Below are positions 49,180-58,711 of a stretch of 64,000 bases of DNA, in pieces. How positions within the stretch are numbered: position 1 is the stretch's first letter; each line of letters begins with the position of its first letter. A program made the translations under genes and the position numbers. Under the pieces are notes generated by a model. That model did not search any database. It worked only from the letters and a program-made list of their open reading frames with translations, and had not been told where the DNA came from. The stretch comes from Candidatus Latescibacterota bacterium (GTDB lineage Bacteria > Latescibacterota > UBA2968 > UBA8231), in contig CBDFJF010000001.1 in NCBI GenBank assembly GCA_965248265.1, positions 2,464,001-2,528,000 on the forward strand, given 5' to 3'.

Positions 49180-50454
49180 TTACGACGCTTTCCCCACTCC
49201 GGGCGCTGGAAAACGATCACACAACGCGCGCACTTGCCCGGCAATCGCGCGATAGGCTCGCCGTCGATCCTCCAGGGTCAGATCCGCATCGCCACGCACC
49301 GCAGCAACGCGCTCCACCCATTGTGCAATCTGCGTCATTTCATCAGACCCGAATCCCCTGCTCGTCACGGCCGGGGTACCCAAACGCACGCCGGAAGGTC
49401 GCATCGCCGATCCCTTGTCATTGGGTATCAGGTTGCGGTTGCAGACGATACCTGAGGCATCCATCGCTCTGGCAAGTTGGTGACCCGTTATGCCTTTGCT
49501 GGTGGCGTCAACGAGGATGAGATGGTTATCGGAGCCACCCGTCACCAATCGAAATCCCCGCTCGACGAGCGCTTCCGCCAGGCTCTTCGAGTTGGCGCAG
49601 ATGCGTGCGGCGTACTGAGCGAACTCTTCCGTCTCCGCTTCCTTCAGGGCCACGGCGATGGCAGCCGTGGTGTGATTGTGAGGACCTCCCTGCAGTCCCG
49701 GAAACACCGCTTTGTCCAGTGCCTCTGCGAACTCCTGCCGGCACATGATCATGCCGCCACGCGGGCCGCGTAACGACTTGTGCGTCGTCGTCGTCACCAC
49801 GTCGACATACGGAATCGGAGTGGGATGCACCCCGGCGGCGACCAGTCCACTGATATGGGCGATGTCGGCGACGACGATCGCCCCGGCCCGGTGACCGATG
49901 TCCGCGAAACGCTCGAAGTCGATTTGCCGGGGATAGGCCGTGGCACCACAGAACAACAGCTTGGGGCGGCATCGTTGCGCCAGTTCGTCAATCGCGTCGT
50001 AGTCGAGACACTCCGACTCGGGATCGACGCCGTACTGTACCGCTTCGTAGTGCAATCCCGAGACGCTCACTGCCGCCCCGTGCGTCAAGTGACCGCCGTG
50101 GGCGAGGGACATGCCCATCACCGCGTCGCCCGGTTTTGCCAGCCCCAGATAGACTGCCTGGTTGGCTGGAGAGCCTGAATACGGTTGGACGTTGACGTGC
50201 TCGGCACCGAACAGTGCTCGCGCGCGGTCGATGCAGAGCGCCTCCACCTGATCGATATGCTGCTGGCCCTCGTAGTAGCGCCCGCCCGTGTAACCTTCGG
50301 AGTATTTGTTGGTCAGCACTGACCCCGTCGCCTCCAACACCGCATGGCTGACGTAGTTCTCTGAGGGTATTAACCGGATTTTGTGATGCTGGCGACGGGA
50401 TTCGGCCGCGATGATGTCGGCAATCTCAGGATCTACGGCGTGCAGCGCTCCCAT
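49180..50454 (-). CDS. glyA: Serine hydroxymethyltransferase
   Basis: LIPSEN, NKYSEG, NVQPYSGS, HGGHL, TTTTHKSLRGPRGG, FPGLQGGP. Start approximate. Confidence 0.97.
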   Translation of the reverse strand: MGALHAVDPEIADIIAAESRRQHHKIRLIPSENYVSHAVLEATGSVLTNKYSEGYTGGRYYEGQQHIDQVEALCIDRARALFGAEHVNVQPYSGSPANQAVYLGLAKPGDAVMGMSLAHGGHLTHGAAVSVSGLHYEAVQYGVDPESECLDYDAIDELAQRCRPKLLFCGATAYPRQIDFERFADIGHRAGAIVVADIAHISGLVAAGVHPTPIPYVDVVTTTTHKSLRGPRGGMIMCRQEFAEALDKAVFPGLQGGPHNHTTAAIAVALKEAETEEFAQYAARICANSKSLAEALVERGFRLVTGGSDNHLILVDATSKGITGHQLARAMDASGIVCNRNLIPNDKGSAMRPSGVRLGTPAVTSRGFGSDEMTQIAQWVERVAAVRGDADLTLEDRRRAYRAIAGQVRALCDRFPAPGVGKAS

Positions 50455-50563
50455 CGTGGTTTCGACGACCTCCGACTTTGCTTGTTGTCGTACAACCGGG
50501 TTTATTAGGCGGGACACAGGCGCCAATCAGCGCTGCTGCCGCAACATAATGAAGGGTTTTGGC

Positions 50564-52135
50564 ATGGGCAAATATCTTGGTATCGACGCCAGCACCCAGT
50601 CAATGACGGGCCTCGTCATTGATTGGAATAGTGGCGAGATCTGTCTGGAATTATCCGTCAACTTCGATGATCATTTCGCTGCGGAGTACGGCGTCGAGAA
50701 CGGCGTCGTGGACCTGGGTGAGGGTCAGGTCCATAGCTCACCGCTTATGTGGGCGCAGGCCCTCGACCTGCTTTTCGAGCGTCTCGGAGAGCAGTGTGAT
50801 CTGTCGGAGCTCGACGCCGTATCCGGCAGTGGTCAGCAGCACGGCACGGTCTATCTCAATGAAGCCGCGGCCGGGTGCTTTGCCGGCCTCGATGCCAACC
50901 TTCCTCTCGCGTCACAGCTGTCTGGTGTGTTGTCACGAGCTACCGCGCCGATCTGGATGGACACCTCGACGACGACCCAGTGCCGGCAGATCGAGGATCA
51001 GGTCGGTGGCAGTATGGAAATGCTCAATCTGACAGGCAACACCGCATTCGAACGTTTCAGCGGTCCTCAGATCCGCAAGTTCTGGCAGCAGGATCCAGCC
51101 GGGTACGCGCAGACCGACTGCATCGCTCTTGTCAGTTCCTACATGGCGAGCCTGCTTGCGGGACGCCTCGTCGGTGTGGACGCGGGTGACGGCAGCGGTA
51201 CCAATTTGATGGACATCCGCGAACGCCGCTGGAGCGCACGTGCGTTGGCGGCTACCGCCCCGGAATTGGATGAGAAGCTGTTGCCGATTCCCCCCGCGGA
51301 TGCAGTCGCGGGAGCAATCAGTCCGTATTTTGTGTCGCGGTATGGTCTTTCACCTGCCTGCCAGGTGACCCCGTTTTCGGGAGACAACCCCAGCTCTCTT
51401 ATCGGCCTCGGTCTGGTGACCCCGGGCCGGGTTGCACTCAGCCTCGGTACGTCCGATACCCTGTTCGCGTGTATGGATCAGGCGCGAGCGTCGACGACAG
51501 GAGAGGGCGCTTTGTTCGCATCGCCCGATGGCGACCACTACATGGCGTTGATCTGTTTCTTGAATGGCAGCCTGGCGCGCGAGGCGGTGCGCGACCAGTT
51601 CAACCTGGATTGGCAAGACTTCACCCAGCTGCTGTCGCAGACGCCACCGGGCAATGACGGTGCCCTGATGCTGCCCTATTTCTCGGCAGAGATTGTCCCT
51701 CACATCCCGCAACCCGGTGTGGTTCGAGATCCCTCCCTCGACCTCGTCGATGCCGGCGCCAACGTGCGGGCCGTAATCGAGGCCCAGGCGCTGTCATCCC
51801 GCCTGCACTCGGAATGGATGGAGATCCCCGTAACCTCGCTGTCGGTGACCGGTGGGGCCTCGGCCAATCCGCAGATCCTGAAAATCTTCGCCGACGTCCA
51901 CGGTTGCCCCGTGCATCGTTTCCAGACCACGAACTCCGCCGCTCTCGGGGGCGCCCTGCGCGCCGGACACGCCCACATGAAGATCTCGGGGAATCCCATC
52001 AGCTGGACTGATGTGGTCGCTCCCTTCACGCAGCCGGATGCGGGTTCGACCATAGCCCCGGATCCTGGTACACGTGCGGTGTATGATCAAGCCCTGGAGC
52101 GTTATCGCGATCTCGAACAGAGACATACATCCTGA
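50564..52135 (+). CDS. FGGY-family sugar kinase, eukaryote-like D-xylulokinase
   Basis: LGIDASTQS, SGSGQQHGTVY, PIWMDTSTT.QC, ERFSGPQIRK, GDNP, SLGTSDT, TGGASAN. Confidence 0.85.
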   Translation: MGKYLGIDASTQSMTGLVIDWNSGEICLELSVNFDDHFAAEYGVENGVVDLGEGQVHSSPLMWAQALDLLFERLGEQCDLSELDAVSGSGQQHGTVYLNEAAAGCFAGLDANLPLASQLSGVLSRATAPIWMDTSTTTQCRQIEDQVGGSMEMLNLTGNTAFERFSGPQIRKFWQQDPAGYAQTDCIALVSSYMASLLAGRLVGVDAGDGSGTNLMDIRERRWSARALAATAPELDEKLLPIPPADAVAGAISPYFVSRYGLSPACQVTPFSGDNPSSLIGLGLVTPGRVALSLGTSDTLFACMDQARASTTGEGALFASPDGDHYMALICFLNGSLAREAVRDQFNLDWQDFTQLLSQTPPGNDGALMLPYFSAEIVPHIPQPGVVRDPSLDLVDAGANVRAVIEAQALSSRLHSEWMEIPVTSLSVTGGASANPQILKIFADVHGCPVHRFQTTNSAALGGALRAGHAHMKISGNPISWTDVVAPFTQPDAGSTIAPDPGTRAVYDQALERYRDLEQRHTS

Positions 52136-52214
52136 CCGAACTGCACCACCCCGGTATCGGGAATCATGCATTGAGGGGATCGCTGTACCGTGGATGGGAG
52201 AAGTTGTTTGCTAT

Positions 52215-52742
52215 CTACGTGCTCTGTCCGAGAATCGCCTGATAGGCCACCAGAGCGGCTGCCACGTGAACATTCATGGATGGGCCCTTGCCGTACATAG
52301 GCACGAACACGGCACCATCGCATTGCTGAAGGGTGGCGGGGTACACCCCCCGGCTTTCGTTGCCGAGCACCAGGCAGGTCTTTGAGGTGTACGGGTAATC
52401 GAGGTAGCAACGTGCGCCGCGTGCCGTCTCCAGGGCCACCAGGTGATAACCCTCCTCCCTCATGGCGATGGCAGCGGCATCCATTTCGGCGATGCGTCGC
52501 CATGGGATGCGGCGGTCGTGACCTCGCGAGGTCCGGTCGATTTCTTCGTGGGGAGGCGTCAGCGTCTTGCCGCTCATGACGATTTCGCGAGCGCCGCAGG
52601 CGTCGGCTATGCGGAATATGGACCCGACGTTGCGCGGATCTTCCATGCTCTGCAGCAGAAAGGCAATTTCGGCCTGCGGTGGATAGTCGTCGGCGGCCTG
52701 CTGGAACAGCCGCTTGATCTCCACCTTGCGCAGCGGCAACAT
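52215..52742 (-). CDS. TrmH/SpoU-family RNA methyltransferase
   Basis: DPRNVGSIFR, LVLGNESRGV, VPMYG...SMNV. Confidence 0.88.
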   Translation of the reverse strand: MLPLRKVEIKRLFQQAADDYPPQAEIAFLLQSMEDPRNVGSIFRIADACGAREIVMSGKTLTPPHEEIDRTSRGHDRRIPWRRIAEMDAAAIAMREEGYHLVALETARGARCYLDYPYTSKTCLVLGNESRGVYPATLQQCDGAVFVPMYGKGPSMNVHVAAALVAYQAILGQST

Positions 52743-52762
52743 GGCTTTTGGTTTCGGGTCAG

Positions 52763-53590
52763 TCAGAAGCTGATCTTCTTGAAGCGGCGCATGTTCTCGA
52801 CGATGGCAGTCTCCACCGGCAACCGCTCCATGCTCGAGGCGCCGTAGAACCCGTCCAGCCCGTCCGTGTTGCGCAGTACGAACTCGGCGTCATCCGGCTC
52901 GGAAATCGGCCCACCGTGACAGAGCGTAATCACCTCCGGGTTGACCTCCCGGGCCGCGTCGGCGATCGCCTGTACCTTCTCCGGTGCCTCTTCCAACGTC
53001 ACCGCCGTGGTCGCGCCGATCGACCCCTTCGTCGTCAGTCCCATGTGCGCGACGACGATATCAGCACCCGCCTCCGCCATCTGCTCACCCTCTTCGGGCG
53101 TGAACGCGTACGGTGTCGTCAGCAGTCCCAGCTCAGAAGCGATGCGGATCATCTCGACTTCGAGACCGAAGCCCATGCCGGTCTCTTCGAGGTTGGTGCG
53201 AATCAAACCGTCGAACAGACCTACCGTCGGAAAATTCTGCACGCCGGAGAAACCGATGTCCTCGACTTGCTTCAGGAACAAGTGCATCTGGCGAAATGGA
53301 TCGGTGCCGCAGACCCCGGCCAGCACAGGCGTGTCGTCGACGATGGTCAGGACTTCACCGGCCATGTCCATGACGATGGCGTTGGCATCGCCGTAGGGCA
53401 TGCAACCTGCCAGCGAGCCCCGGCCAGCCATGCGATAGCGCCCCGAATTGTATATGACGATCAGATCGACGCCACCCTCCTCTTCGAACTTGGCGCTGAT
53501 ACCGGTGCCGGCGCCGGCGCCGATGATGGGTACTCCGGAGTTGATCTGCTCGCGCAGCCGAGTAAGCACCTCATCTCTCGTGAAGGCCAT
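52763..53590 (-). CDS. PEP-hydrolase-like TIM-barrel protein (TIM-barrel signal transduction family)
   Basis: [57 protein letters not shown]. Confidence 0.9.
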   Translation of the reverse strand: MAFTRDEVLTRLREQINSGVPIIGAGAGTGISAKFEEEGGVDLIVIYNSGRYRMAGRGSLAGCMPYGDANAIVMDMAGEVLTIVDDTPVLAGVCGTDPFRQMHLFLKQVEDIGFSGVQNFPTVGLFDGLIRTNLEETGMGFGLEVEMIRIASELGLLTTPYAFTPEEGEQMAEAGADIVVAHMGLTTKGSIGATTAVTLEEAPEKVQAIADAAREVNPEVITLCHGGPISEPDDAEFVLRNTDGLDGFYGASSMERLPVETAIVENMRRFKKISF

Positions 53591-53608
53591 GGCCTGTCCT
53601 TTCCGCCT

Positions 53609-54028
53609 CTATGCGGTCGTCTGTGGGGGCTCGATTGTGACACCCTCCAACTTACGCAGCTCAGCTTCGGGACCGAAGGGTGCGTATATGGCGATCAATT
53701 GCATGACTTCGTCGCCCGTATTCACGGTTGAGTGATAGACAGCCGTCGGAATGTGCACGAGCGTTCCCGGACCGATCTCACGTTCGACCTCTCCTTCGGG
53801 CAGGTCCACCATCTGCAGACCACGACCGCGAATCACATAGAGAATCTCTTCGCTGTACGGATGATTATGCCGGTCGTGTCCCTTGCCGGATTCTAGGTTG
53901 ACGATGCCGGCGCTGAAGCGTTCGGCCGCCGTGACGTTGGGCTCCGACAACCATGATAACCGGCCCCAATCAAAGACCTGGGTCTCGACATCCTCCGCGT
54001 TGACGAAGGTTTTCTTTTGCTGTGTCAT
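53609..54028 (-). CDS. Cupin-domain protein
   Basis: HDRHNHPYSEEILY...IPTAVYHSTVNTG metal-binding cupin motifs. Confidence 0.88.
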   Translation of the reverse strand: MTQQKKTFVNAEDVETQVFDWGRLSWLSEPNVTAAERFSAGIVNLESGKGHDRHNHPYSEEILYVIRGRGLQMVDLPEGEVEREIGPGTLVHIPTAVYHSTVNTGDEVMQLIAIYAPFGPEAELRKLEGVTIEPPQTTA

Positions 54029-54059
54029 ACTGCCTGCCCTCCGTTGGTTGGTTTGCTCC

Positions 54060-55290
54060 TCACACGTTGTCAGTCGAGATCAACTCCAGCATCAATTCCA
54101 CCGCACGCACGGAGAACGCTGGATCGTTGATGTTGGCGTCGATTTCGTAAACGGGAATCCCCTTCCTCAGCCTGTCTTTCAAGGCGGCGAACATGGCCGC
54201 ATCAGCTTCCCGGTCGCAGAACTGCTCTCCGTCTCCATCCAGGATGGAGACTCCCTTGAGCGGCAACAGAAAGGCGACGGGGCCTGAGGACTCATTGGCC
54301 TTGCGCGCGAAGATCTCTCCCAGGCGCTGATTCTCCTCGACGTTCGTCCGCATAAGGGTAACCGCGGGATTCCAATCATAAAACTGACGGCCGGCATCGC
54401 GATAGCGTTCGGGTACGCCCTCCGGACCGTTGTAATTGGCCATGTCCACGCATCCGGGCACGATGAGGTGGGGCAGGCCCCGGCGCCCAGGGGCGCTGAG
54501 TCGATCCGTCCCGGCGCTGAAGACGCCTTCGCAGATTTCATCCGCCCATTCAGTGGTAGTGATGTCCAGGACGGCGTCAACGAGCCCTTCGTCTACGAGA
54601 GCTTCCATCGTGCGACCGCCGGCCCCAGTGGCGTGAAAGACCAGTACCTCGTAGCCACCTTCGCCGAGCGCCTGCGCACAGGCATCGACGCATTGGGTCG
54701 TGTTGCCGAACATGGAGGCGGCGATAGTCGGACGGGCCTGCACCTCCGCCTCTATCTCCTCCTCGACCATACCACAGATCGCGCCGGCCGCCCGCGCATA
54801 GATGATGCTGGACACCCGGTTAACCCCGGCCACGTCGACGATGGATGGAATCAGGGTGACATCCTTCAGGCCGACGTAGGGTGAGGTATCTCCGGATGCT
54901 ACGGTGGAGACGCAGACCTTGGGCACTCCAACTGGCAGTGCTTGCATGGCCGCTGTGATGACACTGCTGCCACCCGAGCCACCCATCCCGATGACGCCGT
55001 CGAATTGACCCTTATCGAAAAGTCTGCGCAGCACCTTGGGCGCGCCTGAACTCATCGCTTTCATGGCCTCTGCACGGTCCTGTGCGCTACGCAGAGATTG
55101 CAGATCGGCGGCACTGGCCTCGGCCACCTCTGCCGCTTCAATGTCCACGGGGAATAGATCGGTGGTACCCAGAACCCCGGTGTTCACGGTGAGGACTCGG
55201 TGTCCTCGCCGCAGTATCCGGTCCCGCAGGAACGCGTAGTCGACGTCCTTCGTATCGAAGGCGGCCGATGAGAAGGATGGTCTTGACCAT
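54060..55290 (-). CDS. Tm-1-like ATP-binding domain protein (UPF0261), with an apparent 1-nt insertion near 55263
   Basis: MVKTILLIG then, in another frame, AFDTKDVDYAFLRD; GMGGSGG, LPVGVPK, SMFGNTT, VFHATGAGG, DITTTE, TLMRT. Confidence 0.88.
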
Positions 55291-55367
55291 GGCTCTGTCG
55301 TGTATGTGTGCTTCAGGGGTCACTGTGGTACGATGATGCTTTGTCAGGCGGCGGTCAAGCGAGGAGG

Positions 55368-56201
55368 TCAGTCCAGCTGGCGGCGCTTCACCCACAGAAT
55401 GAGAAGGTTGACGGCGATGAAAACCCAGATGGAGGCAACGGCCATTTGACGTTGCTCGCCGACCACCTCGTGCTCGTCGACAAGCTCCTGTGCTGCCACG
55501 AGCTCGCTCGCGATCGAGGCAAGGCTCCGGTCAGTTACTTCGACGGACATGGCGTGGGTGCCTGCTCCCGCGTCGGTAAGTGCCGTGCGGGCGGCCGCCA
55601 CCAGCGGCTGCGCCCTGCGCAGACTGCGATCCATCGTCGCCAGGCTGTCGACGATCGTCGACATCGCCACGAGTTGCGCGGCGGCCTGGCGCAAGTCATT
55701 CCGTATCGCCAGGCCAGTGGCCAGCTCTGACGATCCTGTTTCGTGACAGGGCGAGCAAGTCGTGTCCATCATGGCCGGCTCGGCTCCGCGCACGTCGTGA
55801 TTGCTGTGGCAGCTTATGCAGGTCGGATTCTTTGAATCGTTCCAGTCAGCGTGAGGCCCTTGGGCGAAGAACCTGACGGAAGCCACATGACAGGTGCCGC
55901 AGACGCGTACTATGTCCTGCCGCTGTGGGCGGCCGATGAAGCCGGTCCCCGGCGCCTTGGCAAGATCGTTGTCGGCCTCAAAGGGCAAACCCCCATGGCA
56001 GTCGTTGCACAGCAGCAGACCGGAGTGGAAATGGATGCTCTGGGCGAACGCCTCACCCTGTTCATAGTGACACAGGGCGCATGCAACGTCATCGAGATCG
56101 ACCTCGGGGGCGGCTATGGCAGCAGTCACGCCGAGCGCGAAACAGGCCGGGCTCAGCCAACGCAGCAACTGATCTGACCGGTTCCGCCTGCTCGCACTCA
56201 T
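55368..56201 (-). CDS. Membrane-anchored pentaheme cytochrome c
   Basis: Five CxxCH motifs (CALCH, CNDCH, CGTCH, CISCH, CSPCH), signal peptide, helical stalk, C-terminal TM; ATGA overlap with cytochrome b. Confidence 0.88.
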   Translation of the reverse strand: MSASRRNRSDQLLRWLSPACFALGVTAAIAAPEVDLDDVACALCHYEQGEAFAQSIHFHSGLLLCNDCHGGLPFEADNDLAKAPGTGFIGRPQRQDIVRVCGTCHVASVRFFAQGPHADWNDSKNPTCISCHSNHDVRGAEPAMMDTTCSPCHETGSSELATGLAIRNDLRQAAAQLVAMSTIVDSLATMDRSLRRAQPLVAAARTALTDAGAGTHAMSVEVTDRSLASIASELVAAQELVDEHEVVGEQRQMAVASIWVFIAVNLLILWVKRRQLD

Positions 56202-57388
56202 GGGCCGGTTTGTTCGGAGGCTGATTCGTCGACGAGATGCGGTATCCCACGCATGTCGAAGTGGTAGGCCTTGCCCATGACGGTCCTCGTCGTCTCTGAC
56301 AAATGCCCGAGCACCCCCAACACCACAACCACGGCTGCGACCACCGTCATCCCGAGAATAACTCGCGGCCTCCGGCGCGGGTGGCGCTCGGGGGAGATGT
56401 CGATGACCAGGGGCAGCGCTACCAGGAGGAGGAGGAGGAGCGGCGGAACATGCACGCCGACGGCCTCGGGAACGTACTTGAGCAACTGGTACGCCGGCAG
56501 GAAGTACCACTCGGGCTTGATTCCCAGGGGGGTGACCAGGGGGTCAGCACGGTCTCCAAGATGGGGAGGCAGCAGCAGGGCGAGGGTCAGCAGCACCCCC
56601 GTCACCAGATAAACCGTCGTCAGATCTTTCAGCGTGTGATTCGGGTAGAACGGCTCCCCGCCAGCCTGGGAAACATCATGGGCGGGCGGTTCCGTTTCGT
56701 CCGTCCGGGTCAATGGCGAAATGCCCTGATAGCGGACCAGGACCAAGTGCAGGGACACCATGCCCAGCAGCGCCAACGGCAGCACGAATACGTGAATGAC
56801 GAAGAAACGGCCCAGGGTCGAATCGGCCACTTCGGTACCGCCGATCATGAACTGCTGAATCGCGGGTCCCAGAACCGGTATCGATGCCGGCGCTTCGGTC
56901 GCGACGACGGTGCCCCAATAGGCGACCTGGTCCCAGGGCAGCAGGTACCCGGTAAATCCAAAAATGAGGATGATCGCGAGCAGAGCCACGCCGATGATCC
57001 ACGTAACCTCTCGCGGGCGTTTGTAGCCGCCATAGGCGAACACCCTGGCCATATGCAGGAGAGCGACGATGATGATGAGGTGGGAACCCCAGCTGTGCAT
57101 GGAGCGCATCAGCCAGCCCAACGGAATGTCGGTTATGATACGCTCGACGCTGGCGTAGGCTTCGCGCGCGCTCGGCTTGTAGTACACCATCAGCAGGGCG
57201 CCGGTCAGCAGTTGGATACTCAGCAGAGCCATCAGGGCCGAGCCCAGAGTGAACGTCCAGTTGACGTGGGCGGGGACCGGCTTGGTGAGGTTGGCGCCGA
57301 GTCGTTGCGCCAGGTGACTCGCCGGAAAGCGATCGTCCAGCCACTGCCACAAGGGAACGAGCACTCGAGCCCACACTAGCTGTCTCAA
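56198..57388 (-). CDS. Cytochrome b of a Rieske/cytochrome b complex (fused b6 + subunit IV type)
   Basis: RSMHSWG...LLHMARVF, TGYLLPWDQ, RFFVIH...LH, IKPEWY. Start uncertain. Confidence 0.93.
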   Translation of the reverse strand: MRQLVWARVLVPLWQWLDDRFPASHLAQRLGANLTKPVPAHVNWTFTLGSALMALLSIQLLTGALLMVYYKPSAREAYASVERIITDIPLGWLMRSMHSWGSHLIIIVALLHMARVFAYGGYKRPREVTWIIGVALLAIILIFGFTGYLLPWDQVAYWGTVVATEAPASIPVLGPAIQQFMIGGTEVADSTLGRFFVIHVFVLPLALLGMVSLHLVLVRYQGISPLTRTDETEPPAHDVSQAGGEPFYPNHTLKDLTTVYLVTGVLLTLALLLPPHLGDRADPLVTPLGIKPEWYFLPAYQLLKYVPEAVGVHVPPLLLLLLVALPLVIDISPERHPRRRPRVILGMTVVAAVVVVLGVLGHLSETTRTVMGKAYHFDMRGIPHLVDESASEQTGP

Positions 57389-57410
57389 TGTACTACCGAC
57401 GGATCGCGAC

Positions 57411-57860
57411 TCATGAGATGGGCTTGGCCCGGAGGCCCGCCTCATCGACGACGATTTCTACGCGACTCAAAGGGTCTCTGGCGGGACCGCGCAGCACTTC
57501 ACCCAGCAAGTTATAGCGGGCTCCGTGGCATGGGCACTCGACCTGCTCAACCTCCGAGTTCCACGCTACCGTGCAGCCCAGATGCGTGCAGGTGGCCTGA
57601 ATGCCGATGAACTCGCCGTTCGGGCGGCGCAGAACCAGGATCTTGCCCAGATCATTGCGGGCTACCACGCCCTGGTTGGCGGCTAGCGCGTCCGGGGACA
57701 ATGGCTCGCCTTCGCTCCCGCGCAGCAGGTCCGAAGTGGCAGCACCACTGCGCAACGGCCACAGATAGGCCAGGATAGTACCCAGAAAGCCACTGAGGCT
57801 TCCCAGCATGCCTACGCCGAGAAGGAGATTCACGACGCGGCGTGTGAGGGATGGTTTCAA
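57411..57860 (-). CDS. Rieske [2Fe-2S] protein
   Basis: CTHLGC and CPCHG; N-terminal twin-Arg (TRR) plus TM helix. Confidence 0.92.
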   Translation of the reverse strand: MKPSLTRRVVNLLLGVGMLGSLSGFLGTILAYLWPLRSGAATSDLLRGSEGEPLSPDALAANQGVVARNDLGKILVLRRPNGEFIGIQATCTHLGCTVAWNSEVEQVECPCHGARYNLLGEVLRGPARDPLSRVEIVVDEAGLRAKPIS

Positions 57861-57959
57861 ATCAGGCCACGGGAACGCATCACCGGGCTCGCGGGCGCGA
57901 TCGCCCGCGAGCCACAGTTTAGCTATCGCCCGATAATCTCAGAGAGAGGTCGGCGCCGA

Positions 57960-58400
57960 TCAGCGCAGGAGCTTGCTGATCACGGATTTTACCGAAGCCC
58001 ACGTCGATTCTTCGACGGCGGTCGATACCATTTCGGGCGGATGACTGTCGGCATCGCCGGGAAAGTAGACTTCGTCCATTTCTGGATTGTCATCCCCGAT
58101 TGCCCAGGTGCCCTCTGGATCCCCCAGCTCTTCGCCGTTGGTGTAGCCGTCGCCATCCGAATCGATGGCAGCCAGTTCAGCCCCCCACACGACATCGAAC
58201 CCCGACAGAAAGTTCTCCTCGATTTCCAGGCCGAAAGAATTGCGCGCATCGCCTCCAGAAGCACTCATGTGGCAATTCAGGCAGTTGTTCACGGTGCCGT
58301 TCGGGATCTGTCCCGGCCTGTGAGCTCGACCGTCCACCTGCGAGGGCAGAGTGAGTGCGACCAGACCCAGGACCAACGTGCAGGAAATAATGCGTTTCAA
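57960..58400 (-). CDS. Exported monoheme cytochrome c-like protein with temptin-like motif
   Basis: AGGAG RBS, signal peptide, CLNCH, RNSFG, DSDGDGYTNGEELGDP, tail STAVEESTWASVK. Confidence 0.78.
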   Translation of the reverse strand: MKRIISCTLVLGLVALTLPSQVDGRAHRPGQIPNGTVNNCLNCHMSASGGDARNSFGLEIEENFLSGFDVVWGAELAAIDSDGDGYTNGEELGDPEGTWAIGDDNPEMDEVYFPGDADSHPPEMVSTAVEESTWASVKSVISKLLR

Positions 58401-58711
58401 AAAAAGTTCTCCTATTAATCAATTGCGCACCGTTTGCTGAACAGCCATAAAGATAACGAAGAGGTGGTCTTTGAGGCAAAAGTGTTACGAGGGTAGGATC
58501 CGATGGAGAAGTGATCGTCGACGTGAGCACATCAACCCAGTCTCCTCATACGCCATTCCTGCGAAGATGCAGCGCATCGGTGTTGACTCCTGAGTTGGGG
58601 TGCGACTGTCCGGGGGTCGCGCAACTGATATATTTGCGAAGGCACAGGGTTTTTGTTGATCAAGCACTATCAAACAGAGGCAGTGGTGACAAACCTCGAG
58701 CTTGAGCGGCC

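Noticed and set aside
57388-57414. Possible third frameshift: an ATG overlapping the Rieske stop is out of frame with cytochrome b
   Set aside because: An in-frame TTG at 57388 gives a complete protein, so no frameshift needs to be assumed.
58656-58673. FNR box upstream of hemH (TTGAT...ATCAA)
   Set aside because: The half-sites are separated by 8 nt, not the required 4.
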